The notes under the pieces: generated by a model | Database searches by the model: none | Told to the model about the DNA's origin: nothing | The model's input: only the letters and a program-made list of their open reading frames with translations | Virus record (IMG/VR): IMGVR_UViG_3300025137_005412 | Span: 1-64,000 of that record | Reading direction: 5' to 3' (one strand) | From: a virus | Length of the DNA: 64,000 bases | Made by a program: the position numbers and the translations under genes | Shown: positions 19,455-29,977 of the stretch, piece after piece | Layout: each line of letters opens with the position of its first letter | Numbering within the stretch: position 1 is the first letter of the stretch

Positions 19455-19835
19455 ATGTTAGAACAATTACTAGAAGTAAAACTAAAAGAGCGAGATGATT
19501 TCCTTAAAATAGTAGAAACTTTGACAAGAATTGGATTAGAATCAAGAGATAAGAAACTAGTTCAGACTTGCCACATTCTACATAAGAAGGGAAAGTATTA
19601 TATCTGTCACTACAGAGAGCTCTTCAAATTAGATGGATTCGACAGGGAGATCACCGTCGAGGATACAGCACGTCGAAATGGTATAGCTCGTCTTCTAGAA
19701 GAATGGAAATTATGTGAAATCGTAGGTTCAGCCGAACCAGCATCCCTCCAAAAAGTAAAAGTAATCCCTTTCAAAGAGAAATCAGAATGGTTGTTAAAAG
19801 CTAACTATACCATTGGCAAAAAGTCCACAAATTAG
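19455..19835 (+). CDS. regA: translational repressor RegA
   Basis: DDFLKIVETLTRIG, CHILHKKGKYYICH, YTIGKK. Confidence 0.95.
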   Translation: MLEQLLEVKLKERDDFLKIVETLTRIGLESRDKKLVQTCHILHKKGKYYICHYRELFKLDGFDREITVEDTARRNGIARLLEEWKLCEIVGSAEPASLQKVKVIPFKEKSEWLLKANYTIGKKSTN

Positions 19836-19848
19836 TATAATCTAATTA

Positions 19849-22350
19849 ATGTCAGAATACTACACTAATGTTGCCATATATGGCCAAAATCTACTTGTTC
19901 GCGGTATCAGAGATGGTGAAGAGTTTCGTACTAAAGTAAAGTATGATCCTACTCTTTATATTCAATCTTCCAAAGAAACAGGATATACAGATATCTATGG
20001 TAATCATCTCAAGCCATTAGCATTTGATAACATGGTCGATGCTAGAAATTTTGGTAAGCAGAATGAAGAAACTAATTTAAAAGTATACGGCTTCCCATTC
20101 TATAACTCACAATATTGTATTGAATACTATCCAAATGCTGAGAATGATTGGAATCGTGAAGAGATAAGAACATTTACAATTGATATTGAAGTATCTTCAG
20201 AAGCAGGTTTCCCTGAACCAGGTGAAGCTGCTCATCCAATCACAGCAATATGTCTACATGATTCTATAACAGATAAGTTTATTACATTTGGTAATGGTGA
20301 TTGGTCAAGAAATGATTCAGTACTCACTGATCAAGATTTACTTGATAAAATCGTGTATGTACCATGTAATTCTGAAAGACAAATACTTGACTTCTTTGTA
20401 AAGTATTGGCAAGATCATTATCCTCAAATTATTACTGGTTGGAATACTCAATCATTTGATATGCCTTATATTCATAATCGTATGGTAAAACTAGGAATGG
20501 ATATTAAAAGACTCTCGCCATGGGGTGTCACACGTATTAAAGAATTTCCTACAAAACAAGGTAATCAACTTAGAGTTGAGATTATGGGTATTGATGATAT
20601 TGATTATCTTGACAGATATAGAAAGAATGCAGTACAAGAATCATATCGTTTAGATCACATTGCATTTATCGAGCTTGGTGAAAAGAAATTAGATTATAAA
20701 GAAGTTGGATCTCTACATAAGTTATTCTTTGAAGACTTTAATAAGTTTATTGATTATAATATTCAAGATACAAATCTAGTTAAAAGACTTGACGATAAGA
20801 TGGGTTTGATTGATGTTCAGATTGCAGTAGCTTATAAAGCAGGTATCAATTATGAAGATGTATCGGGTGTTGTTAAAACATGGGATGCTATGATTAACAA
20901 AGAAATGTTCTTTGAAAAGAAAATACCACCATTTAGTTTTCCAAGACAAGGTACAACTGAAATGATTCCTGGTGGTTATGTAAAAACTCCACAAGTTGGT
21001 AAACATGGATGGGTAGCTTCATTTGATTTGAATTCTCTATATCCTCACCTTATCATGCAATATAATATATCACCTGAAACTATCATGGATAAGCTTCAGA
21101 TATGGCCTGAAATATCAGAAGAAAAACGTATGCGTGATTTCTTACATGGTAAACCGTTTAAGTCACAAGGTGATTTTGCAATTGCAGCTTCAGGCTGGAC
21201 ATTTAAAAAAGACTTTGAAGGTGTAATTCCAAGAGTTATGAGAAAACTCTATGAAGAACGTAAACAAATTCAAGGTGTAATGAAGAAAAAGCAAAAAGAA
21301 GGTGGTGATATTACTAAGCTCCATCTTGCTCAATACGTTCGTAAGATTCTTCTTAACTCAGGTTATGGTGCAATCACCAACAAATATTATAGATGGTTTG
21401 ATCCAAGACTTGGTTCAAGTATAACATTATCAGGTCAGTTTGTAATTCAACGAGCTGAAATGTCAATTAACAGATATCTTAATAAACTCTTAAAGACAGA
21501 TAAAGTTGATTATGTTATTGCAATTGATACAGATTCAAACTATGTAAATCTTCAACCATTGGTTGATAAGTTCTTCGCAGATAAATCTAAAACTGAAGTT
21601 GTAGATATTCTTGACAGAGTCTGCGAAGAACAACTAACCAAAGCTCTTAATAAAGAGTTTGATTCAATAGCTGAATATCAAAATGTATATGCTCAGAAAA
21701 TGGTTATGGGTAGAGAAGCTATTGCAGATGCTGCATTCTGGACAGCAAAGAAAAGATATGCAATGAACGTATGGGATATTGAAGGTTATAGACCTGAAAA
21801 GCCCAAAGTAAAAATACAAGGTCTTGAAGCAATAAGATCATCTACACCTCAAGGATGTAGAGAACCATTACTTAATCTTATTAAGTTGATTCTTACCACT
21901 GATGAAGAAACAGTTCAGAAAGCCATGGCCAATTATAAGAAACATTTTCTTTCATTGCCTGCAGAAGAAATTGCATTTCCTAGAACTATGAATAATGTAC
22001 ATCAATATACGCCAAGAGATAATATTGGTTTCAAGAAAGGTACTCCACCACATATACGTGGTGCTATATTATTCAATAGACTTCTTAATCAACATAAACT
22101 TACTTATGATTGGGAATATATCAAGAATGGTGAAAAAGGTAAATTCCTATGGCTCAGAGAACCTAATAATGTAGGTGGTGATGTAGTATCTTATTTGACA
22201 TCTCTCCCTGAAGAATTTAAAGTTAGGCAATATATCAATTACGAAAAAATGTTTGAAAAGATTATGGCTGATCCTATTGAAAGTATCTTAAATCCTATTG
22301 GTTGGACTATCGAGAAGCGATTGACTCTAACAAATTTCTTTGGAGAATAG
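19849..22350 (+). CDS. gp43: family B DNA polymerase
   Basis: DIE exonuclease, SFDLNSLYP, KILLNSGYG, IDTDS, KKRY. Confidence 0.97.
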   Translation: MSEYYTNVAIYGQNLLVRGIRDGEEFRTKVKYDPTLYIQSSKETGYTDIYGNHLKPLAFDNMVDARNFGKQNEETNLKVYGFPFYNSQYCIEYYPNAENDWNREEIRTFTIDIEVSSEAGFPEPGEAAHPITAICLHDSITDKFITFGNGDWSRNDSVLTDQDLLDKIVYVPCNSERQILDFFVKYWQDHYPQIITGWNTQSFDMPYIHNRMVKLGMDIKRLSPWGVTRIKEFPTKQGNQLRVEIMGIDDIDYLDRYRKNAVQESYRLDHIAFIELGEKKLDYKEVGSLHKLFFEDFNKFIDYNIQDTNLVKRLDDKMGLIDVQIAVAYKAGINYEDVSGVVKTWDAMINKEMFFEKKIPPFSFPRQGTTEMIPGGYVKTPQVGKHGWVASFDLNSLYPHLIMQYNISPETIMDKLQIWPEISEEKRMRDFLHGKPFKSQGDFAIAASGWTFKKDFEGVIPRVMRKLYEERKQIQGVMKKKQKEGGDITKLHLAQYVRKILLNSGYGAITNKYYRWFDPRLGSSITLSGQFVIQRAEMSINRYLNKLLKTDKVDYVIAIDTDSNYVNLQPLVDKFFADKSKTEVVDILDRVCEEQLTKALNKEFDSIAEYQNVYAQKMVMGREAIADAAFWTAKKRYAMNVWDIEGYRPEKPKVKIQGLEAIRSSTPQGCREPLLNLIKLILTTDEETVQKAMANYKKHFLSLPAEEIAFPRTMNNVHQYTPRDNIGFKKGTPPHIRGAILFNRLLNQHKLTYDWEYIKNGEKGKFLWLREPNNVGGDVVSYLTSLPEEFKVRQYINYEKMFEKIMADPIESILNPIGWTIEKRLTLTNFFGE

Positions 22351-22380
22351 GACTCCCCTTTCTTTTATAATAAATAATAC

Positions 22381-22776
22381 ATGGTAAGCAAAGTCAAAAT
22401 AGAAGATCTTTTAAAGACTTATGAAGGTGATATAGATTCATTCATCGAGACTATTCAAAAAATAGCTGAAGATGATGGTGAACAAATATCTAATGGTAAG
22501 AATCCTTTAGAAAAATCTGACGACGAAGAAGAGCAGGAAGTAAGTGATGGAGAAGCGGTACCAGCAGGTGCTGCTGAGCCTCAAGCTGCTTTATCGGTCC
22601 CAGGCGAAGTTCCTGGTGCAAATGTTGCTATTGGTAATAAACAATTTGATAATGACAAAGCGGATGCTGATGAAACTCAAGAGATAAAGTTAAGCGGCAA
22701 AAAAGATAAGATCGATACTAAACCACAGACGAAAGTAAATCCGTCTGAATATGGTCATATCGATGCAGCTGGATAA
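22381..22776 (+). CDS. acidic late protein, possibly virion/prohead associated
   Basis: AATAAATA late-like box at 22369-22376; low-complexity acidic sequence. Confidence 0.55.
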   Translation: MVSKVKIEDLLKTYEGDIDSFIETIQKIAEDDGEQISNGKNPLEKSDDEEEQEVSDGEAVPAGAAEPQAALSVPGEVPGANVAIGNKQFDNDKADADETQEIKLSGKKDKIDTKPQTKVNPSEYGHIDAAG

Positions 22777-23122
22777 GAAAAATTTTGAGAAGTATGCTTT
22801 CGAAGCCTATCGAAATGCTATAGCTGATAAAACAGAATTCAAAGAAGATTTGCGTAAAGCTCAACACGCAAGAAAATTAGCCACTAAAATTGTAAACGGT
22901 AAAGATGTCAATATAAGACTTCTTGTTAACCACGTTATATTATTCTTTAATGTATTCCAACCTAAAGCCGCAAAGGAGCTTCTTTTATTTCATTCTAATG
23001 ATGCTGAGAAAAGAGTATTCAAGACTATATATGAATACTTATCCTACCTTGAATCACATGAATATCCAGAAATTAAATTTTGTTTAGAGACCGCGGTATT
23101 ATTAAAAAGATTAAGGAATTAA
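22751..23122 (+). CDS. conserved T4-like hypothetical protein
   Basis: EFKEDL, RLLVNHVILFFNVF. Confidence 0.7.
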   Translation: MVISMQLDKKNFEKYAFEAYRNAIADKTEFKEDLRKAQHARKLATKIVNGKDVNIRLLVNHVILFFNVFQPKAAKELLLFHSNDAEKRVFKTIYEYLSYLESHEYPEIKFCLETAVLLKRLRN

Positions 23123-23129
23123 ATAACTC

Positions 23130-23705
23130 ATGGCTGGTAAATCAATTGTAGACACGTTATTCGTTTTTAGACTACTTCGTAAATTAACTATGAGGTATAC
23201 TAAATGGGATGCCTACAAAACTGGTGTAATCGATGATAAAGGTAATATATTAGTCAAGAAAAAAGAAAGAGATAAGAAACAAAAAGACTCTTTCAATATG
23301 CTTGACAGATTATCTTGGAATCTTAAAAGACTTTTAGGTAAAGTACCTGGCGGTAAATCACAATTAGCTTCATATATAGCGGCACTAGCTCTTATCAAAG
23401 AGTATGTAATTGTCAATAAAGGTGAAGCAACTTCGGAATATCTAGCAGAGAGATTAGAAGAGCATGGTCTAGTAAATAAGAAAGACTATGATCTATCAAA
23501 TGCTGAAGGATATTGGAATGCTATGCTTGATGCAATGGAAGAAAGCATGACAAGTGGAGCATCTTTTGGTGGTCCATTATCTGGAGCCAATACAAATGCA
23601 GCAGTCAATGCTGGTGGTTTAGCTGGTATGGATTCACTCTTAGATGGTGGAACAAAGAAAAAGAAAAAGAAAGATTCTCTCGAGAAAATTCTAGACCAGT
23701 TATAG
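23130..23705 (+). CDS. conserved T4-like hypothetical (virion-associated) protein
   Basis: WDAYKTGVIDDKG, NLKRLL, YIAALALIKE. Confidence 0.7.
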   Translation: MAGKSIVDTLFVFRLLRKLTMRYTKWDAYKTGVIDDKGNILVKKKERDKKQKDSFNMLDRLSWNLKRLLGKVPGGKSQLASYIAALALIKEYVIVNKGEATSEYLAERLEEHGLVNKKDYDLSNAEGYWNAMLDAMEESMTSGASFGGPLSGANTNAAVNAGGLAGMDSLLDGGTKKKKKKDSLEKILDQL

Positions 23706-23717
23706 TATTATTATACT

Positions 23718-24563
23718 ATGGTAATGGAAGTCTCGTGCCCGTCTTGCGGTACACACCCTAGTTTTGTCTATAGTGATAGTGATACAGAAATGTTTCTGTG
23801 TCATGGGTGCCAGCGCAATGCTAAATGGGAGTTTATACAGAATGCTTTTGATAATAACAACATCACTGATCCTACTAGGGATCGCATTCACATCAAAGTC
23901 ACAACAAACCATAATAACCTGTTATCTGATATGCAGAGGGTTATTGATATGGACGACTCTCATATATGCTTTCAGTTTATACGGGATAGGAGGATTCCTC
24001 TTCACTATCGCGGCCTCTTTTACTATACTAAAAATCTTGGAAAACTCGTTAATCGGTACGGGTACAATTTCAAAGATGACCAAGAAAAAGTAATTATTCC
24101 ATTCTTTGATGAAGATGGAAAGTTATTTGCTCTTCAAGCAAGAGCATTAGATAATACATTACCAAAATATATTACTGTATTATTGGATAAAGATAGAGGT
24201 AAGATCTTTGGTCTTGAAAGATGGAACAAAGATGATATAACTTACCTTGTTGAAGGTCCTATTGACAGTTTATTTTTACCTAATGCTCTTGCAATGGCTG
24301 GTTCAGACATCAGCAAAAATAAATATAGTAATTCAGACATGATAATATGTCTAGATAATGAACAGCGTAATGCAGAAGTAATTTCCAAATATAGCAAGTT
24401 CATCGATAGGGGTTTCAAAATCGTAATTTGGCCTGATAATATAAAAGAAAAAGATATAAATGATATGATACTACAAGACCTCAACCCCCTAAAAATAATT
24501 CAAGAAAATACATACGAAGGCTTAACAGCCAAAATTAAACTAGACAACTGGAAGCGAGTATAA
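23718..24563 (+). CDS. gp61: DNA primase with shortened N-terminal zinc finger
   Basis: IIPFFD, QARAL, VEGPIDSLF, DNEQRN, KDINDM TOPRIM motifs; CPSC..CHGC. Confidence 0.9.
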   Translation: MVMEVSCPSCGTHPSFVYSDSDTEMFLCHGCQRNAKWEFIQNAFDNNNITDPTRDRIHIKVTTNHNNLLSDMQRVIDMDDSHICFQFIRDRRIPLHYRGLFYYTKNLGKLVNRYGYNFKDDQEKVIIPFFDEDGKLFALQARALDNTLPKYITVLLDKDRGKIFGLERWNKDDITYLVEGPIDSLFLPNALAMAGSDISKNKYSNSDMIICLDNEQRNAEVISKYSKFIDRGFKIVIWPDNIKEKDINDMILQDLNPLKIIQENTYEGLTAKIKLDNWKRV

Positions 24564-24564
24564 G

Positions 24565-26553
24565 ATGGTATCTATCAATAAAAAACAGGATCAGTTGTTA
24601 GCTGATTATGCCGTTGGCATGCTCAAAGATTTCTATATGAGACCGAGTGAAAAGTCTCCACAAGAAGCTTATGCTAGAGCAGCAGAAGCATGGTCAAAAT
24701 TCAATGGTAAATTAGATAAAGATCTTGCACAAAGAATTTATGATTATGCAAGTAAGAAATGGTTTATGTTTGCTTCACCTGTATTATCAAATGCACCTAA
24801 TGGTAAACCTAATGAAGATAAAGGTATGCCTATTAGTTGCTTTCTTACATATGTTCCTGATACGCTTGAAGGTTTAATTAGTCATTCATCTGAATTGAGG
24901 TGGTTATCTGTTTATGGTGGTGGTGTAGGTGGACACTGGTCAGATGTAAGAACAATATCTGATGTAGCTCCTGGTCCTATTCCATTTTTACATACCGTAG
25001 ATGCTGATATGATTGCATACAGACAAGGTAAAACACGTAAAGGTTCTTATGCTGCTTATATGGATATAAGACATCCAGACATTTTAGAATTTATGCAACT
25101 TAGAATTCCTACTGGTGATGTTCAAAGAAAAGCATTAAATATACATAATGCAGTTAATATTTCAGATGACTTTATGCAGGCAGTCATGGAAAATAAAGAT
25201 TGGGAATTTAAAGATCCTCATGATAAAAGAATTACAGATACTATGCCTGCAAGAAAAGTTTGGCAACAACTTTTAGAAACAAGATTTAGAACAGGTGAAC
25301 CATATCTAAACTTTATTGATACTGCTAATAAAGATTTACCTGAACCATTAAAGAAAAAAGGTTTAAAGATTAATGGTTCTAATCTATGTAATGAAATACA
25401 TCTGCCAACAAGCGATGATAGAACAGCCGTATGTTGTTTATCATCTTTGAATTTAGAATATTATGATGATTGGAAAGATACTACTATTGTACAAGATCTA
25501 ATCACCATGCTAGATAATGTATTAGAGTACTTTATACAAAATGCACCTGATACAATTACAAGAGCTAAATATTCTGCATCACGAGAGAGATCATTAGGTC
25601 TTGGTGCTATGGGTTTCCATTCTTACTTACAAAGAAAGGGATGTTCTTGGCAAACGGAGGTAGCTCGTGAGTATAATACTAATATATTTAAGGTAATAAA
25701 GGAGAGAGCAAATGAACAAACAGAAAAACTTGCAAAAGCAAGAGGCGAATACTTAGACGGTCATGGAAGTGGTAAACGTAATTCTCACTTATTGGCAATC
25801 GCTCCCAACGCTTCTTCTGGTATCATTCTTTCTACTTCTCCTAGTATTGAACCGTTAAAAGCAAATGCTTATACACATAGAACAAGAGCTGGTAGCTTCC
25901 TAGTAAAAAACAAATACTTAGATAAACTCTTAGAAAGTAAGAATGAGAATAAAAAAGGCGTATGGAAGAGTATTATTACTAATAAGGGTTCTGTACAACA
26001 CCTAACATTTTTATCAGATGAAGAAAAAACATTATTCAAAACAGCCGATGAACTCGATCAAAGATGGGTTGTTCAACACGCAGCTGATAGACAAAAGTTT
26101 ATTTGTCAAGGCCAAAGCGTGAATTTATTCTTTCCATCTGGTTGTGATAGATCCTATGTAAATGATGTACATTTAAAAGCATGGGAAGGTGGATTAAAAG
26201 GTTTATATTACTTAAGAACAGAATCTAAAGTAAGAGCTGAAACAATAGCTAATTCAGTTGCAAGAGTAGCTCTTGTTGATGACTCAAGGAACATTATCTA
26301 TGGTAAAGATGATTGTCCATTTTGTCATATGGCTAAAGAAGAATTCAGAATTCTAGGAATTCCTTATGACTTTATCGATATTGAAAAACTCGGTAAGTCA
26401 GCAGCGGAAGTGACTGGAAGGAAGGATGTCAAAACTGTCCCACAAATTTACTTAAAAGGTGAATATGTAGGTGGTTATGATGAGTTTATGTCTCATATAA
26501 ATAAAGGACATGAAGATAATAACGATGATGAATGTCGAGCCTGTGAGGGTTAG
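24565..26553 (+). CDS. nrdA: class Ia ribonucleotide reductase alpha subunit with embedded glutaredoxin domain
   Basis: ISCF, SNLCNEI, APNASS, LYYLR; CPFC...TVPQI...GGYD; terminal CRACEG. Confidence 0.95.
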   Translation: MVSINKKQDQLLADYAVGMLKDFYMRPSEKSPQEAYARAAEAWSKFNGKLDKDLAQRIYDYASKKWFMFASPVLSNAPNGKPNEDKGMPISCFLTYVPDTLEGLISHSSELRWLSVYGGGVGGHWSDVRTISDVAPGPIPFLHTVDADMIAYRQGKTRKGSYAAYMDIRHPDILEFMQLRIPTGDVQRKALNIHNAVNISDDFMQAVMENKDWEFKDPHDKRITDTMPARKVWQQLLETRFRTGEPYLNFIDTANKDLPEPLKKKGLKINGSNLCNEIHLPTSDDRTAVCCLSSLNLEYYDDWKDTTIVQDLITMLDNVLEYFIQNAPDTITRAKYSASRERSLGLGAMGFHSYLQRKGCSWQTEVAREYNTNIFKVIKERANEQTEKLAKARGEYLDGHGSGKRNSHLLAIAPNASSGIILSTSPSIEPLKANAYTHRTRAGSFLVKNKYLDKLLESKNENKKGVWKSIITNKGSVQHLTFLSDEEKTLFKTADELDQRWVVQHAADRQKFICQGQSVNLFFPSGCDRSYVNDVHLKAWEGGLKGLYYLRTESKVRAETIANSVARVALVDDSRNIIYGKDDCPFCHMAKEEFRILGIPYDFIDIEKLGKSAAEVTGRKDVKTVPQIYLKGEYVGGYDEFMSHINKGHEDNNDDECRACEG

Positions 26554-26573
26554 ACCAAGCGAAGGAGGATATT

Positions 26574-26750
26574 ATGGCTAAAAGCAAAGCAATTAGTTAT
26601 ACTGACGAGCTTCAAAAGATGCTTGATCGTACAATCGCTAGAGGTAATCCGAATGCACAAGATATTAAATCTTTGTGTTCTGTTATTTTTAGAATGAATG
26701 AACGTATCAAGAATCTTGAAGAGCAAATCGTCTTAGACGAAAAAAAATAA
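26574..26750 (+). CDS. 58-aa hypothetical protein (not in ORF track)
   Basis: AAGGAGG RBS; MAKSKAISYTDELQKMLDRT...LDEKK*. Confidence 0.65.
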   Translation: MAKSKAISYTDELQKMLDRTIARGNPNAQDIKSLCSVIFRMNERIKNLEEQIVLDEKK

Positions 26751-26763
26751 ACAGGAGGATAAA

Positions 26764-27726
26764 ATGACTGTATTAGAAGACAGTAAAGCATACAAACCTT
26801 TCCATTATCCGTGGGCTGTAGAGCTTACGAAGAAACATGAAGAGGTACATTGGGTTGAGGATGAAGCTGAGCTATCTGAGGATGTTCAAGATTGGCGTAC
26901 TAAATTATCAAAACAAGAAAAAGACTTTATTGTGAATGTATTGCGGTTATTTACTCAGTCAGATGTCCAGGTAGGTGCTAACTATCATGACTTTCTTATT
27001 CCAAAGATGAGAAACAATGAAGTTAGAACTATGCTTGCATCATTTGCTGGTAGAGAAGGTGTTCATCAAAGAGCTTATGCTCTTTTAAATGATACACTAG
27101 GTTTACCTGAATCAGAATTTCATAAATTCTTAGAGTTCAGTGAGATGTCAGATAAGTTAGACTTTATGGCTAACAACAATATCACATCTCATACTGGTCT
27201 AGCATTAGCGCTAGCACAGTCTGTATTCAATGAAGGTATGAGTCTGTTTGCATCTTTCGTAATGCTACTTAATTTCCAACGTTTCGGTAAAATGAAAGGT
27301 ATGGGTACAATTGTTGAGTGGTCTATTAGAGATGAAACACTTCACGTTCAAGGTAATGCTAAATTATTTAGAACATTCTGTGAAGAGCATCCACGTATTG
27401 TGAATGATGAACTAAAATCTAAAATTTATCAAATGGCAAGAAATGCTGTTAAGTTAGAAGATAGATTTATTGATCTTGCTTATGATAATAACAAAGTCGA
27501 AGGACTTGCTATTGATGAAGTAAAACAATACATCAGGCACATCGCTGATAGAAGACTATTACAATTAGGATTAAAGGCTAAATTCAAAGCTAAAGAAAAT
27601 CCACTTCCATGGTTAGATTGGGTACTCAATGGAGTATCTCATGATAATTTCTTTGAGAAAAGAGTGACTGAATATTCAGTTAACGGTATGGACGGTGATT
27701 GGGGTTGGAAAGAAAGAGCTGCTTAA
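26764..27726 (+). CDS. nrdB: ribonucleotide reductase beta subunit
   Basis: REGVHQRAY, EGMSLFASF, RDETLH, NFFEKRVTEY. Confidence 0.96.
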   Translation: MTVLEDSKAYKPFHYPWAVELTKKHEEVHWVEDEAELSEDVQDWRTKLSKQEKDFIVNVLRLFTQSDVQVGANYHDFLIPKMRNNEVRTMLASFAGREGVHQRAYALLNDTLGLPESEFHKFLEFSEMSDKLDFMANNNITSHTGLALALAQSVFNEGMSLFASFVMLLNFQRFGKMKGMGTIVEWSIRDETLHVQGNAKLFRTFCEEHPRIVNDELKSKIYQMARNAVKLEDRFIDLAYDNNKVEGLAIDEVKQYIRHIADRRLLQLGLKAKFKAKENPLPWLDWVLNGVSHDNFFEKRVTEYSVNGMDGDWGWKERAA

Positions 27727-28409
27727 ATATAATCTGTCAGATCTTGATCTGTAGTTATAGTAGCCGCCAATCTTGGCATTCTCCAACCATCATTCAATAC
27801 TTGATGTGGAATATCTACTCTTAGCAAGGTGGCCTTATCCAAGGTCATCTCTGCTATTTTATCACACTCATTCGGTGTATAAGTTCTAAACATTTTCTGT
27901 TGAGGTTCTTTTTCTTTATGTGGTTTCCACCATATAGTTCTTGATTTTTCACAATTAAAGATAGGTATATTAATACGAGTCTTGATAGGCCAAGGTGGAA
28001 AGTCTTCATAATAAAATTCATGTTTAGGATCCATTCTAAATCTTTGTGATTTTAAATCCATTACAATATCATCAGAATGTATAGGTGAATCTTTTTGCCA
28101 TAAACAAAAGAATGCTACATTAACAACTTTACCATATTCTTGTAATGATTTTTGTAGTGTAGGACATTCATCTAACATATCTTGATAAACATCTGGATAT
28201 GAGTTTCTCCAGAATCCAGCATTCTCCTGTAATTCCTTAACAAACTTATCAACCATTATTGCCTTAGCAATTGATTGTGCAGTATTCACTGCTCGGTACA
28301 AACCTGGATGTAAATTCTGTGTATAGTTCTGTAGCTCAGATATGACTTTATCTAAATCTGGTATATCTATTTTTTTATATGGTAAGTCTGTCTTCATCTT
28401 TGAATCCAA
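27723..28409 (-). CDS. cupin/2OG-Fe(II) oxygenase-like protein
   Basis: IHSD, RINIPIFNC, PHQV, PRLA. Confidence 0.55.
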   Translation of the reverse strand: MDSKMKTDLPYKKIDIPDLDKVISELQNYTQNLHPGLYRAVNTAQSIAKAIMVDKFVKELQENAGFWRNSYPDVYQDMLDECPTLQKSLQEYGKVVNVAFFCLWQKDSPIHSDDIVMDLKSQRFRMDPKHEFYYEDFPPWPIKTRINIPIFNCEKSRTIWWKPHKEKEPQQKMFRTYTPNECDKIAEMTLDKATLLRVDIPHQVLNDGWRMPRLAATITTDQDLTDYI

Positions 28410-29199
28410 TTGTTGCTGCTACTCTTGGAAATCTCCATTTATCTTCATCAATAACCACCTGATGTGGTTCATTTACTCTTATGATTGTAGGTCTTTTTAA
28501 TTCTACTCTTGATACTTCAGTCACATCTTTCTCATCAAAAGTATTATAATGTGTACCATCTGGTACAAATACTTTTTTACCATCAGCAGTTTTTAAACCT
28601 GCATATTCTGGTATGTGTGATTTGCCGCTTACAGTTTGTTTTTCACCTGTAAGATGTTCACCATACATTGTACCCATTACCATTCTTAATGATTCAGCAT
28701 TTTCCATCTTCTTTAAATCTATTGGCTTAGCGATAGGTAAGATTTTATTTACTCCATCGTATGAAGCAATACTTGGTACGTCATGAGCTACAAACCATCT
28801 GGTGTGTGTTAAATCACAGTTCTGAATAGGAATATTAATTCTTTTAGTAGCTTCTGGTAAACCATCACCTACAGCATCATAATTATCTGTATGTATAGAA
28901 CAATCTCTAGATAACATTACAAAGAAACCTACACTTCTAATCTCACCAAAGAGTGGTTCAAACATATCCCATAAAGTTGGACAAAGATTTCTTAAACCTA
29001 CATACGGTTCAGGCCAACATCTTCTCCATATTGGTTTACCCATACCAAGAGAAATTTCAGGTCTTGTCTTTGTAGTAAATTCAAACATCTCATCTCTGAC
29101 TTTTTCCCATCCAGGTATATCTAGTTCTCTATAATATTTGTAGTTCTTTGTATAGTCTTCAATATCTAGATTAGTCTTAAGATCTTCATATTCTTTCAT
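28375..29199 (-). CDS. cupin/2OG-Fe(II) oxygenase-like protein, paralog of 27723
   Basis: IHTD, RINIPIQNC, PHQV, PRVAAT. Confidence 0.55.
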   Translation of the reverse strand: MKEYEDLKTNLDIEDYTKNYKYYRELDIPGWEKVRDEMFEFTTKTRPEISLGMGKPIWRRCWPEPYVGLRNLCPTLWDMFEPLFGEIRSVGFFVMLSRDCSIHTDNYDAVGDGLPEATKRINIPIQNCDLTHTRWFVAHDVPSIASYDGVNKILPIAKPIDLKKMENAESLRMVMGTMYGEHLTGEKQTVSGKSHIPEYAGLKTADGKKVFVPDGTHYNTFDEKDVTEVSRVELKRPTIIRVNEPHQVVIDEDKWRFPRVAATIGFKDEDRLTI

Positions 29200-29977
29200 A
29201 GTCTATTTCCTCATCTAATGATTTATTTAATTCTGTATTGGCACCTTTACATTCAGGTAAACCGACTCTTTCTCTTTCCATATCCATCATCCATATAACT
29301 CTATATTCATCAGTCAAATTACAAGCACTATGAACATATTCATCATTAAATCCAAACGGTCCATCTTTCCAATAAATTGGCTTGCCATTAATTTCTAAAA
29401 AGCATCTACCTTCAGGAATAAAAATAGGTAGATGTATTCTTACTCTATTAGAACCTATATTTGTAGCACCAGTATGTCTTGATAGTATTGCACCTGGTTT
29501 TAACATAACATAATCCATAATTGGGCAATCATCACCAAACTTTTTAAGTAGGCTAGCTGCGGTAGGAAATCTTTTGTTTACCCATATCATTGGTGCAGGA
29601 TCACTTATCTTATCTGGTCCATCAGAAAAATATTTTATCTGTGTACTAGTCCAACCACTATAATCTGTTTCACCATTTACTTTAACAGCATCTTTTAAAG
29701 CATACCTAGCTTCTTTTGGCGGTGCCCATCTTTCATTTTGAAAATTATATTGTTGTATAGTTCTAGGTTTAGCATTTTCAAATCCTTCTTGTTTAACTAC
29801 ATCGGCTATAGTTTGATTTTCATTTCTCAAGAAATCCTCTCTTAAAGCTTCTTGAAATGTTAGTAGATAATCTAAAAAATTATCAAACTCAGTCTTAGTA
29901 TCATACTGATTGTGTAAGAAGTATTGATCCTCAGGCTGGTACATCTCTTGGTTTCCAATCAATTGGTTTAAATTCAC
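29186..29977 (-). CDS. aspartyl/asparaginyl beta-hydroxylase-like oxygenase
   Basis: LKPGAILSRHTG, RIHLPIFIP, WKDG..FGFNDEYVHSACN, RVIWMMD. Confidence 0.8.
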   Translation of the reverse strand: MNLNQLIGNQEMYQPEDQYFLHNQYDTKTEFDNFLDYLLTFQEALREDFLRNENQTIADVVKQEGFENAKPRTIQQYNFQNERWAPPKEARYALKDAVKVNGETDYSGWTSTQIKYFSDGPDKISDPAPMIWVNKRFPTAASLLKKFGDDCPIMDYVMLKPGAILSRHTGATNIGSNRVRIHLPIFIPEGRCFLEINGKPIYWKDGPFGFNDEYVHSACNLTDEYRVIWMMDMERERVGLPECKGANTELNKSLDEEIDYERI

